Below, in pieces: positions 11,648 through 24,140 of a stretch of DNA of 64,000 nucleotides (within the stretch, counting starts at the first letter, position 1; every line of letters begins with the position of its first letter). The notes under the pieces are model-generated. The model was given only the letters and a program-made list of their open reading frames with translations, was not told where the DNA came from and did not search any database. A program made the translations under genes and the position numbers. This DNA is from Octopus sinensis (taxonomy: Eukaryota), in contig NC_043007.1 in assembly GCF_006345805.1 (NCBI RefSeq), positions 17,546,001 through 17,610,000 of the forward strand, given 5' to 3'.

Positions 11648-12639
11648 TGTGAATAAAAACTATATATATTAAAGCAAGAGTCAAGGAATGAATATATTTA
11701 TCATTGACCTTTAATAAAAAAGCATATTGATATTTCTCCATTAAAAAGATAACCATCTTTATGGCAAACAAAAAGAATAATGGCGTTATTTTAAATTCAA
11801 TAAAAAAAATATTCCTGAAACTAAATATGTGAATGTGTATTGTTATGGTGATTGTATGTGTAGGTCTAGTAGTGTGGTTAAGAAGCTTGCTTCATAACTA
11901 CTTGGTTCTAAGTTCAGTTCCACCGCATGACACTTTGGGGAGGTGTCTTCTATAGACCTGGGCCAACCAAAGCCTTGTGAGTGGATTTGATAAATGGAAA
12001 CTGGAAGAAGCCCTTTAATACACACACACATGCGCACACACAGGTTGCCATGAGACTCTTTTCAGCTGTCCACAAACACAGCCAGGCTGAAATAATTAAT
12101 GCATTCTTCCAGGAGTGAATAAAAAATTCTCAAACTTGAGGGGATGGGACCCTTAGATACTAACACGGGACCCCATATATGGATTCTAATGGCGCAGGGG
12201 CCCACTTGCCATCGAGCAAGCTGGCAACCTGGCCAGTCCACCACTACCTATGATCATAGGCCTCCTCACCCAAAAAGTTCACCCAGGGTTAAACAACAAC
12301 CAACAAACTGTAAACTCCAATATTCTTTCTTTTCAGGTAAAATTTAGGAGTATTTACTATTTTCATTTTATTTTTCACTGTCACTGACCATCATCATTTA
12401 ATGTCCACTAGTCATCTTCTTTTAATGTCCACTTTTCCATGCTTGCATGGATCAGATGGAATTTGTTGAGGTAAATTTTCTACAGCAGGATGCACTGCCT
12501 GTTGCCATCTCCTGACCTTTTTCCAAGCAAGTCAATATTTTACTATGGTCAGCCTTGTTTTTCATGGAAGACTGGAAAAGAACATGATTTGTATGATGGC
12601 TATAAACATTTACAACTATTGCACATATACATACATACA

Positions 12640-13042
12640 TTTACAACTATGTGCTAGTAGGGTGCCAAGACCACCATCCGAGCATGATCGTTGCCAGAGC
12701 AGCCAATTGGCTTCCGCACCCGTGGCACGTAAAATGGCACCATTCGAGTGTGATCGTTCCCAACGTCACTTCACTGGTACCTATGCCGGTGGCACGTGTA
12801 AAAAGATTCAAGCGAGGTTGTTGCCAGTACCACCTGACTGGCCCATCATGCCGGTGGCACATAAAAAGCACCCACTACACTCTTGGAGTGGTTGGCGTTA
12901 GGAAAGGCATCCAGCTGTAGAAACTCTGCCAGATCAAGATTGGGGCCTGGTGCAGCCATCTGGTTTGCCAGCCCTCAGTCAAAATCGTACAACCCATGGT
13001 AGCATGGAAAGCGGACGTTAAACGATGATGATGATGATGATG
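12640..13042 (+). mobile_element. RTE-LINE 3' UTR copy (opposite-strand variant at about 12375-12610)
   Basis: ...aaagcacccactacactcttggagtggttggcgttaggaaaggcatccagctgtag...ggacgttaaacgatgatgatg. Confidence 0.8.
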
Positions 13043-14318
13043 CACACATACATATATATGTGTGTGTGCATGTATATACACACACACGCGCATGCATGAT
13101 GAGCTCCTTTCAGTTTTCATCTACCAAATCCACTCACAAATTCATTGAATCTAATATGAAGAAACAGACACGAAAAAATTTGATGATGGTATGTAATAAT
13201 AAGAAAGAAAAACAATACTTTATCATTCAGAAAGCTTTATGCCAATATTTATAAACCCTTCCAACCAGTATGGGCAGAAATTGTTTTGATGTCTTAATGA
13301 ATTATTTGAACTGGTGTTAATTAGGTTATTGATCAACAACACTTCTACAAGACAATGTTGATACAATCTTGTAATATATCTGCTTCAAATTTTGGTACAA
13401 GGCCAGCATTTTAGGGAGAGGGGCTTAGTCGATTATACCAACTTCATTATTTAACTTAACTGGTACTTTCTTTTATCAACCTTGAAAGGACGAAAGGCAA
13501 AGTCGACCTCAGTGGAATTTGAACTCAGAATGTAGGGGAGCCAGAAGAAATGCCACTAAGCATTTTATTCATCCCGCTAACCATTCTACCAGCTCACTGC
13601 CTTGCAATATTTCAATATGATAGCTCTGAAATATGATCCAATTACCTCATCAAATTATAATTTCTCAGCTTGTTATTTTAGATCTTTAAATATTACATCA
13701 CTAAAAGCTTTTGCAATCATGTTTTTCCAACCAAAAGGTGCTGACCACAGATGCAGTTATTTTACTGTAACTACATCAAATTATAGGATGAGGTCAGTCC
13801 ATCATGTTACCTGAAATATGGCTTCTCCAAGCCTTATATTTCATTCTTTTCTATCCTCATTATCGTTGACTTGACAAACCAGCTCTCTTTAAAAAATTGT
13901 AAGGAAACAGATCCCTTATTAGTGGCTAATGAGGGATTTAAATTACTGATAACCGGAAAAAAGAAAAAGAATTTGCTTTTTTAAAAATGCTAATGGAACT
14001 AGATCAAACAATGTGAAGAATGGGAGGTTGTATCCTACATAAGCAGTGAAATAATTGCAAAGGGATTTTGTAGGTAGTTAGTGAAGTAGCACGAATATTA
14101 GTCTCTTGCCTTATACAAACTGGCAACACACCCTCTCTTTAACGACATCCCCTGTAGGTAGGAGCTGTGTTTGCCATCCTTAATTTTTTACATCCTATCG
14201 CTCAGTTATCAGTTATGGCATTGTCCCCATTATTTGCAATCCACAGTTATCACAAATGTTTCTAGGGGAATGGAGGCACTCACCCCCCCCAGCCCCCCCC
14301 ACACACACACACACATAC

Positions 14319-14421
14319 CCTTTCTTGTTACCACCACTTCACCACACCAGCCTCCACCAGTTCTTCACTTATCAGCTGGCAGCAATCCTTCAACAGAGTC
14401 ACATGGCTGTTATTGACAGTT
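14319..14421 (-). CDS. Candidate (possibly last coding) exon of an unidentified minus-strand gene
   Basis: Strong acceptor (T)14-gtttctttttacatcttttAG and donor GTATGT; the longest-open frame reads TVNNSHVTLLKDCCQLISEELVEAGVVKWW* (stop at 14328-14330), the other two stop early. No confident homologue recognised. Confidence 0.3.
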
Positions 14422-14914
14422 CTAAAAGATGTAAAAAGAAACAAAAAAAAAAAAAATCACCTGGTGAGGGGCAGATGGATGGAGATAAGCATCACCTACT
14501 ACAGCTTTGATTGATAAAATTAATGTCAGTAGTTTTTTAGCCCAGGGTAAGCCATGAATGTCAATGAGTAGGCCTATGATCAAAAGCATTCTAAATGTAA
14601 CTATACCATCTTTGTTTCAGGCAGTATATTTAAGATGTTGTTATCCAATGTGTCCTTTTATTTCTTTTTTAGAGATGCCAATGTATGATTTGAAGATGTG
14701 GCTGTTATTTCTAGCAGATTGACTGGCCATATAGAGGCCTGTCTTATAGACTGAATGCCCAAACAGTGATGATTTGAAAGTAGAGGTTTATTTATTACAC
14801 TGGTTCAGGTGTGGCTGTGTGGTTAGGAACCATATGGTCTTGGGTTCAGTCCCACTGTGTGGCATCTTGTGAATGGATTTGGTAGACAGAGACTGGAAGA
14901 AGTTTGTTGTAAGA

Positions 14915-14956
<42 letters not shown>

Positions 14957-14996
14957 TGTGTGTGTGTGTGTGTTTGTGTTTGTGTGTGTGTGTATT

Positions 14997-15029
<33 letters not shown>

Positions 15030-15272
15030 ATTTGTGTGTGTGTGTGTGTGAATGAGTGTGTGTGTGTGAATGAGTGTGTGTGTGTGTGTTTGTGTTTGTG
15101 TGTGTGTGTGTGTGAGTGTGTGTGGTGAGTGTGTATGTGTGTGTGTGTTTGTGTTTGTGTGTGTGTGTGAGTGTGTGTGTATGTGTGTGTGTGTTTGTGT
15201 TTGTGTGTGTGTGTGAGTGTGTGTGTGTGTGCGTGAGTGTGTGTGTGTGTGTGCATGCATGCGTGTGTGTGT
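14915..15272. repeat. Long compound (TG)n microsatellite grown from a SINE C internal repeat
   Basis: Follows family C head at about 14805-14915. Confidence 0.95.
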
Positions 15273-15729
15273 GCATCCTTGTCTTGACATCACATAATAT
15301 TTGTAAATGAACATTATCATCATACAAGTGATGTTGTTCATTTCCAATCTTCTGTGAAAAAGATGTCTGGCTGTGGGGAAGCAGGTGAGTGCTGGTGACA
15401 GGAAGAGCATCATCCAGCCATAGAAAATCTGCCTCAACATAATTCATTTGACCCATTCAAGCATGGAAAAATGAACGTTAATGATGGTGACTGGTATAAT
15501 TTCAGAAATTTACAGAGACGGCATAGGAGTGGCTGTGTGGTAAGTAGCTTGCTTAACAACTACATGGTTCTGGGTTCAGTCCCACTATGTGGCACCTTGG
15601 GCAAGTATCTTCTACTATAGCCTCGGGCCGACCAAAGCTTTGTGAGTGGATTTGGCAGATGGAAACTGAAAGAAGCCCGTCGCATATATATGCATATATA
15701 TATATATATATATAATATATATATATAAT

Positions 15730-16322
15730 TGAAGAAATAGTAAATCTTAGAGCGAGTTATAAACAGTAGCTGCAACACATCATGACGTATATTTGCCATT
15801 TAAATATGGCTGACCCCTAAGGGTGGATGCTACTGTAGTTAGTAGCCCTAGGAGGACACCTCCTCCAGCTGGCTATAGACACACTTCTGTGCCCCATCAG
15901 TATTTGCAAAGGGAAGTCATCCTTCCCGTCTTCAACGGGTTAGCCATATTTAAATGGCAAATATACATCACGATGTGTTGCAGCTACTGTTTATAACTCG
16001 CTCTAAGATTTATTATTGCTTGTTTACACTTTTTCGATATCAGTGTCTGTACGATACTGGAAAAAGGATATGTATTTGTGAAGGGAACCTACTTATCTTC
16101 GACAACTGTGATTGTCACACACCGATGACGGGTCAATACCCAGAAACTTGAGTCCGTGTGTATCATAAGTTGAAGATGGGAAGGATGGCTTCCCTTTCCA
16201 AATACTGATAAGGCACAGAAAGTGTGTCTATAGCCAGCTGGAGGAGGTGTCCTCCTGGGGCTACAAACTACAGTAGCATCCACCCTTAGGGGTTAGCCAT
16301 ATTTAAATGGCAAATATACGTA
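15730..16322. mobile_element. Penelope-like pseudo-LTR block (A-B-A'-C-B'-A' inverted arrangement)
   Basis: Block A (15738-15816) is inverted at 15937-16018 and partly at 16290-16321; block B (15817-15935) is inverted at 16170-16289; a degenerate hammerhead lies in C. Inverted partial terminal repeats with hammerheads are established PLE features. Confidence 0.6.
16116..16160 (+). ncRNA. Degenerate minimal type I hammerhead ribozyme
   Basis: cacaca-CCGATGA-c-gggt-caat-accc-a-GAAAC-ttga-GTC-cgtgtg; core U4 is C, and two stem-closing pairs are broken by apparent CpG>CpA changes. Confidence 0.55.
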
Positions 16323-16356
16323 CTATATATATATATATATATATATAATATAATAC

Positions 16357-16482
16357 AATTCGAGACAAAACCACTATTTTAAAATCAAACAAGGAAAGAC
16401 TTAATCAATACATAAAATTTTAATATAAATTAAATAAAGTCTTTCCTTGTTTGATTTTAAAATAGTGGTTTTGTCTCGAATT
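16357..16482. repeat. Perfect 46-bp inverted repeat with 34-nt spacer
   Basis: aattcgagacaaaaccactattttaaaatcaaacaaggaaagactt (16357-16402) and its exact reverse complement (16437-16482). Confidence 0.9.
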
Positions 16483-17794
16483 ATATTATATAATATTTTA
16501 CTATAAAATTGGATTTAACCCTAAATCTGATTTTTCCCTGTAATTTTGGATTCATTCCCTAATATTTATTATTATATATATATATAAATGTATATGTATG
16601 TGTGTGTATATGTTTGTATGTCTGTGTTTGTCCCCCCCAACGTCGCTTGACAACCAATGCTGGTGTGGTTACGTCCCTGTAACTTAGCAGTTCAGCAAAA
16701 GAGTCTGATAGAATAAGTACTAGGCTTACAAAGAATAAGTCCTGGGATCGATGTGCTCGACTAAAGGAAGTGCTCCAGCATGGCCACAGTCAAATGACTG
16801 AAACAGGTAAAAGAGTAAAAGAGAAAGAGTGAGATATTGTCCTTCATCCTAGTCCTAAAATTTTTGACTCCCACCAGAAGGATGAGATGCAATGTTTGAC
16901 TCCAGTGAAGTTTAAAATTAGAGCTTTAATTCAAATAACTCTGAATATATTAACTCCTCTCTTTACAGCCCCTAACCATGGGATCAGTTGTTTTACACTT
17001 GCTACATTAATCAGGGGCTTGTCACTTTATATCTGATATTTCGTTAAATTCTTCTTCGGCAGATGATACCATGGAATATGTTGGCCCAATGCCAGTCAAA
17101 TGATGAGAAATTCCAAGAGATTTTTCAAGTGACAGTCTCAGAGAAATTAGCTGTATCATTTTACTTGTTTTATAAATTCTCAGTTGTATAAAAAGGAAGT
17201 AATTAATTAAAATGAAGAACTTAAATATGATGTGATTTAATCTCAACTCACAAATCTCCTACTTACATTTTTTTGTTTGTTCACATGTTGTTCACAAAAT
17301 ACTTTTAAAAATATACACATATTTCTCTGTGAAAAAGGCATTTCTTACACAAGCACATTTGCAAAAGCAGAGAAAATTAGATTAATGCATACCTCAAGGA
17401 CTATAAGATTTCAATTATTATTATAGATCATTTATTTATTTTTAATTATTTAATATAAGGAAGAGAAACTATGCTAGTAGCCTGAAGCAGGAATGTTGAT
17501 AGAGCCCCAAACACCAATTCACTATTTCAAAATAGAACCCAAAAAACACTATGTTCAGATGTGAAAGTAATAATAAAGAATAAGCAGGATGCTATCAAGG
17601 ACTGTTGACACCAGCAAACTACCCATTCAGATCTCTGGTAGACAAATCAAGAAACTTTATCTTTTTATCTGTTGATAGTTGACCAGCCAAAATAGAAGCA
17701 ACAGATGCTTAACTCAGAACCCAATTGTGATAAAGAACATATGAGATTATCATTGACAATTCTGTCTTTGTTGCCTTTTCTTTGATAGACCTTT

Positions 17795-18218
17795 GCATAG
17801 GAGTGACTGTGTGGTAAGTAGCTTGCTTAACAACTACATGGTTCTGGATTCAGTCCCACTATGTGACACATTGTGCAAGGGTCTGCTACTATAGCCTTGG
17901 GCCGACCAAAGCCTTGTGAGTAGATTTGGTAGATGGAAACTGAAAGAAGCCTGTTGTATATATGTATATATATATATGTATGTATGTGTGTGTGTATATG
18001 TTTGTGTGTCTGCGTTTGTCCCCCCAACATCGCTTGACAACCGATGCTGGTGTGTTTACATCCCTGTAACTTAGCAGTTCGGCAAAAGAGACCAATAAAA
18101 TAAATACTAGGCTTACAAAGAATAAGTCCTGGGGTCGATTTGCTTGACTAAAGGTGGTGCTCCAGCATGGCCACAGTCACATGAATGAAACAAGCAAAAG
18201 AGTAAAAGAGTAAAAGAG
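17795..18218 (+). mobile_element. SINE family C, full length
   Basis: Colinear with 11196-11647. Confidence 0.85.
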
Positions 18219-19816
18219 AAGCTTCATAAATTTTGTGTTACAATCTTAAATAGTTAAGTATTTCCAGGGGAAGAACTGACATAGTAGAACCAAAAGTGAC
18301 TAACTGCATAAAGTTTGGGACTATCAACTAGTAGATCAAATGTCCAAATGAACATCCAGTGTTTTGGGTGAGTTTCTGGGAAAAACATTAAATTCTTCAT
18401 TGTCTCAGTTCACCTAGCAGAAGCAAGGATATAGAGAAATAGATACCAAGATTGCCTTTGAAAGTTATCTGTGATTATCCTATCCAAGGAGAGATATGTC
18501 ACACGTCCACTTATTAATGCCCTGAAAATGAGAAAATCTCATGATTTATTAATCCAAAAGACTATAGAGTTAAAATAATATTGACAGTAAAGTTCTCATA
18601 TAACAACAGAAGTTGATAAAAACAGAGTCAAAAGGAATATGAAAATGTGTTTAGCAATATGTAAGCCACAGAAGAATCCTAATACCTTTCGTCAAATGAG
18701 ATGAGACAAGGTTAAGAAATAACCTCTTAGGGATGTTGCTTCCCTTCAGACTAGACAGCTAATTAACACAGTAAAACGTTTTTACTTTACCTTATTAATT
18801 AACACCCAAGAGACATGTGGGGGAAGTTCAAGCAGTAAGACAGGCGCTACGTCAGTCGATTCAATGGTGGAATCTGATTCCCTTCTAACCAAAAATATCT
18901 GGGTAAATGGAAGGCACAGAAGAGGGGAAAGGGTTTACAAGAAAAGCCAGAATAAAAGATCCTTAAGGGATTCACATGAGTAGAAGTTGTAATGATGGCA
19001 GTTCAGCCAATAATGTTGTTTAAGTGGAGATGGAGGATGTCTCTGATAGAAATTACAGAAAGATTTAATACATAAATTGGAACCATCGTTCTTCAGACAT
19101 AATTAAAGACACATTGTGACTTAGATGGGATGCCATTTTAAATCTAACCCATTAAATTTTTTAAATATTTATATATTTTACTTGATTCAGTCAATTTGGC
19201 ATTAAAAAAATACATATACATACACACACACATACATACATACAAGCACATACGCACTTCTGGGAGCACTGACAGAATTATGTGATTATAGTGTTTGCTC
19301 ACAGTGCAGGGTTCAACTCCTCTCATAGGTATTCTTGGGGTGAGAGAAAGAGTCAAGTTACCTGGCACGAAATACACTACAAAGAGGAGGTTAAAACAAC
19401 AATGAGAATGATGATGATGATGATAATGATAATGATTACGATGACAATGATGATTACAATGATGATGACAAGGTTGTGTACGAGAGATGCAATGGGCTAC
19501 AGAAGGCCTAACCTCTATAACCAGATATTGTTTAAACTATATTTTACACATATTTCAGTAGCTCTCAATATTATTGAATCAAGATCTAAAGTTTATGGCT
19601 GATCTATCAGATGAGATCTGCCCACTGATAACCCAGAAAAGGCAGGTGGCGAGCTGGCAGAAACGTTATGTATATAGCTGCCAACTCAGAAGCCTACTAT
19701 GGATCCCTAGCTCCAGCCTCAGCTGTGAACCTGGAACCTAATGGATGACAAACTATAGTACTTACACAGTGTACCTATTCATTTAGATCACCAGTGAACT
19801 AAAACCCTCATTTTAT

Positions 19817-19854
<38 letters not shown>

Positions 19855-19858
<4 letters not shown>

Positions 19859-20054
19859 CCTGTGCAGGTGGCACGTAAAAAGCACCCACTACACTCACGG
19901 AGTGGTTGGCGTTAGGAAGGGCATCCAGCTGTAGAAACACTGCCAGATCAGACTGGAGCCTGGTGCAGCCTTCTGGCTTCCCAGATCCCCGGTCGAACCG
20001 TCCAACCCATGCTAGCATGGAGAACGGACGTTAAACGATGATGATGATGATGAT
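19855..20054 (+). mobile_element. RTE-LINE 3' UTR copy, tail-to-tail with the next element
   Basis: Ends ggacgttaaac(gat)n and abuts the inverted (atc)n tail at 20061. Confidence 0.85.
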
Positions 20055-20060
20055 ATATAT

Positions 20061-21075
20061 CGTCATCATCATCGTTTAATGTCCACTTTCCATGCTGGTA
20101 TGGGTTGGACAGTTTGACTGAAAAATGGTAAGCCGGGGAGGGGGGGGCACCAGGTTCCTATCTGATTTGGCAAGATTTCTTACCACTGGATGCCCTTCCT
20201 TATGCCAACCACTCCAAGAATGTAGTGGGTACTTTTTATGTGCTACCGGTATGAGTGCCATTGACCCGACACTGGCATTGGCCATGACTACAGTCTCACA
20301 TGGCTTGACAGGTGAACACAAGCACAGTATATCGCCAAGGGTCTCAGTCACCTGTCACTGCCTCCATGAGATCCAAATCTCAAATGGTGCTTTTTATCTG
20401 CCACTGGCATGGATGCCATTTAGATGGCACTGGCATTGGCCACAACTATGATTTCACTTGGTTCAACAGGTCTTCACAAACACAACATATCACCCAATGA
20501 TTGAAGGGTGCTTTTAATGGGCCACGACTACAATCTCACTCGGCATGATGTCACTGCCTCTATGAGGCCCAACACACGAACAGTGCTTTTTACGTGTCAC
20601 CAGCATGGGTGCCAGTACTGGCATTAGCCCTGATTACAATTGCACTTGGTTCAGTAGGTCCTCACAAGCACAGCATATCACCCAACAATTTAAGGGTGCT
20701 TTTAACAGGTCAGTTAAACGACACTGGCAATGGCCATCACTACATGATCTCACTTGGCTTGATGGGTCTTCTCAAGCACAGCATATCTCCAAAGGTCTCG
20801 ATCGCTTGTCATTGCCTCTATGGGACCCAACATTCGAAGATTGTGCTTCACCACCTCATTCCATCTCTTCTTGGGTCTACCTCTTCTACAGGTTCCCTCC
20901 ACTGTTACAGTGTCACACTTCTTCACACAGCTGTCCTCATCCATATGCATCACATGACCATAGCAATGCAGTTGTCCTCTCTTGCATACAACATCTGATG
21001 CTTCTTATGTCCAACTTTTCTCTCAGGACACTTCCCTTGGTTGTGCATGCACACTGACATTACACACCCAGTGAA
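20061..21075 (-). mobile_element. 5'-truncated RTE-clade LINE (ORF2 C-terminus plus complete 3' UTR)
   Basis: Minus frame LREKLDIRSIRCCMQERQLHCYGHVMHMDEDSCVKKC..EGTCRRGRPKKRWNEVVKHNLRMLG...RDLWRYAVLEKTHQAK* carries the RTE C-terminal W.GHV.R/GRP...W/R..WR motifs; (GAT)n tail. Confidence 0.85.
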
Positions 21076-21329
21076 GCATGATGGCATCATATATATATAT
21101 ACATATAGTGTAAAATACGAGTATATGTACATTTTTATCAATATTTAGCAGAAGAAACAGAGTGACTCGTGGTCCAAGTTTCATGTATTGGCTATATTAA
21201 TATACTAACAGGTTAAACATTTTATCAAAGATTTTACCAAATTTTATTAACTCTTAAAATCTTGTTAAAAACTTTTTAAGTCAAAATCTCAGACCTGTAA
21301 AAATTTTCTTACAGAACAGAAATGATTAA

Positions 21330-21550
21330 CCCTTTCATTACCAACCCGGCCGAAACCGCCTCTGGCTCTCTAGTACAAATGTCTTGTTTTCTTAAGTTTC
21401 GAATTAAAATCTTCCACTAAACCCTAGTCACAATTTATGTTACTAACACTAGCTTAATGGTAACTAAGTTATTTTACTAAATTCTTTGTTATATTTAAAA
21501 TAATTGAAAGAAACACAGAGCATCTCAAAATAAATACGGTAATGAAAGGG
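21330..21550. mobile_element. piggyBac-like MITE (TTAA TSD)
   Basis: TTAA|CCCTTTCATTACC ... GGTAATGAAAGGG|TTAA, perfect 13-bp TIR. Confidence 0.9.
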
Positions 21551-21557
21551 TTAATAT

Positions 21558-21859
21558 AAGGAACTAGAGTTTTTTTGTTTTTTTTTACCCTTTCATAAGA
21601 GAACTCCTTATTCTTTCAAATATATGTAAGAAAGGTTAGTATGATTTTGTGATATTACATGTTTCAGGACCGGCTGTCCAATGCAGTCCCATACAGTACT
21701 GTATAATTAATACAAGGAACTAGAGCTTTTTTTGTTTTTTTTACCCTTTCGTTAGAGAACTCCTTACTTCTTTCAAATATATGTAAGCAAGGTTAGTATG
21801 ATTTTGTGATATTACATGGTTCAGGACTGGCTGTCCAATGCAGTCCCATACAGTACTGT
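21558..21859. repeat. Tandem duplication, about 145-bp unit, period 156
   Basis: aaggaactagag...cccatacagtactgt at 21558-21702 and 21714-21859. Confidence 0.9.
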
Positions 21860-22855
21860 GTCATACAGGAAGTTAAGGGTTAACAACTAAGGATGTTTTT
21901 GATATTTAAACATAGCTTAGGGATATTTTGAAACAAAGCCTAGTGTAACAGCTGCATATTGAATACTTAAGAATATAAATTGGAAGTAAAATTTAGCAAA
22001 TAACCCAAGGATATTTGAGATAAAAGAGAACTTCGTTGGAGAAAATGATAACATTTTTGAACTTGATGCCAAAAATTTAATGTTTAATTTACAGCTTCTT
22101 TTCTGGCTTAACTATTACCAACAAGAGGTAAATTCTAAAACCCATTTTTAACTCAAGTGAAGGGACCACTATCACCAATAGCACTGAACATGCACCTACT
22201 ACAAGGGTTGATAAAGGAGTTAATACAGTTGCTTGTATTGCTAAGTATAATTATTCTTGTACGGTATTTTTTCCCCAATTTTCTTCGGTCATGAGGAAAT
22301 AACTCACTAAACAACAATAACAGGAGTGGAAAGATAAATTATGCTTATTATTCAGGCAGCTCATAAGCTGTTTTACCATTTTAGAGCAAAGCAAATAACA
22401 GTGATTAATGACTATAAAAATTGTGTGAACACAACACTGCTGTCTCACCATATTTGCTGTGCTCCCTGTCTCACCCTCCGGCGATCCTAAAGTAATTCTA
22501 ACTTTTGTTTTTCCAACAAACTTTCCTACTTTTTTCCTATTTGTTAAGTACTTTTCTTGTCAAGTGTTTTCTCTTTTATTTATTCAGATGGTATACTTGA
22601 TTTTTTTTTTTCATTTTTGGCAAAAAACTATTTCTTCTTCAGATATAAAACGACATTCTTTCATGAATATTAAACAGATGTATGACAGTGTATAGGTGTT
22701 TTGCTGTATCTTTTTGTCCGTCTGTGTGTATGGCTATGCACACTTATTTGTCTTTTTACACACACACACACATACACGTTAATTAATGTGCATATACCTG
22801 TGTGCATGTATGTGCAAAGTTGTCTGCTTATGTCTAAGGTATGCAAGACTGTATA

Positions 22856-23279
22856 GGTGGCGAGCTGGCAGAAACATTAGCACACCGGGCGAAATGCTTG
22901 GCGGCATTTCGTCTGCCGCTACATTCTGAGTTCAAATTCCGCCAAGGTCGACTTTGCCTTTCATCCTTTCGGGGTCGATTAAATAAGTACCATTTACGCA
23001 CTGGGGTCGATATAATCGACTTAATCCATGTGTATGCCTATGTTTGTCCCCTCTGTGTGTAGCCCCTTAAGGGCAGTAAAGAAATAGGTATTTCGTCTGT
23101 TGTTACGTTCTGAGTTCAAATTCCGCCGAGGAGGTCAACTTTGCCTTTCATCCTTTCATCCTTTCGGGTTCGATTAAATAAGTATCAGTTATGCACTGGG
23201 TCGATATAATCGACTTAATCCGTTTGTCTGTCCTTGTTTGTCCTCTTTGTGTTTAGCCCCTTGTGGACAGTAAAGAAAT
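22856..23279 (+). mobile_element. SINE family A near-dimer with 16-bp TSD
   Basis: aggtatgcaagactgt at 22837-22852 and 23280-23295; internal restart junction at about 23085. Confidence 0.85.
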
Positions 23280-23625
23280 AGGTATGCAAGACTGTGGTAT
23301 GCATGGTTGTATATAAATGTCCATACAATTGTATGTATGTATAGTCTCCATTTGGTTTGTTTGTTTGTTTTGTCTTTTCTTTTTGTTTTTGGATGGTTTT
23401 TTTTCAGTTATAAAAATAAGATTATTTAAAAAATTACAAATATTTGTGCAAGATGAGTGAGGATATGAAAAACTGCTTAAGTACAAAAGCAGCAGATCAC
23501 AGACTCAAACTATATCAGGGAATTCCATTTGGGATATTTTCTGGATGGATTTTATTCCTTTATGTTATTTTGATACTTTAATGGTCAATGAAATTCTACA
23601 CCGATTTTTCTTCAAAATATAAACA

Positions 23626-23777
23626 GGCACCAGTGTGGTTGTGTGGTAAAAAGTTTGCTTCTCAACCTTATAGTTTTGCGATCCTATGCGTGGCACCTTG
23701 GGCAAGTGTCTTCTACTATAGCTTCAGGCTGACGAAAGCCTTGTGAGTAGATTTGGAAGATGGAAACTGAAAGAAGC

Positions 23778-23824
<47 letters not shown>

Positions 23825-24048
23825 GTGTATATGTTTGTGTGTCTGTGTTTGTTCCCCCAACATCGCTTGACAAGTGATGCTGGTGTGTTTATGACCCTGT
23901 AACTTAGCGGTTCAGCAAAAGAGAATGATAGGATAAGTACTAGGCTTACAACAAATAAGCCCTGGGGTCAATTTGTTTGACTAAAGGCAGTGCTCCAGCA
24001 TGGCCGCAGTCAAATGACTGAAACAAGTAAAATAGTAAAAGAGTAAAA

Positions 24049-24050
<2 letters not shown>
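23626..24050 (+). mobile_element. SINE family C, full length
   Basis: Colinear with 11196-11647; followed by (TA)n. Confidence 0.85.

Positions 24051-24140
<90 letters not shown>

Larger units (their letters stand above)
15520..16831 (+). mobile_element. SINE family C split by an approximately 850-bp insertion in its (TA)n tract
   Basis: Head 15520 to about 15725; body resumes about 16590 (tgtctgtgtttgtccccccaacgtcgcttgac) and ends in (aaagagt)n at 16830. Confidence 0.8.

Noticed and set aside
14788-15456. 222-aa and overlapping HT/CV-repeat ORFs
   Set aside because: Translations of the (TG)n array.
17500-19140. Purine-rich stretches that might be an ancient LINE or transposase relic
   Set aside because: No diagnostic RT or endonuclease motif could be read in any frame.
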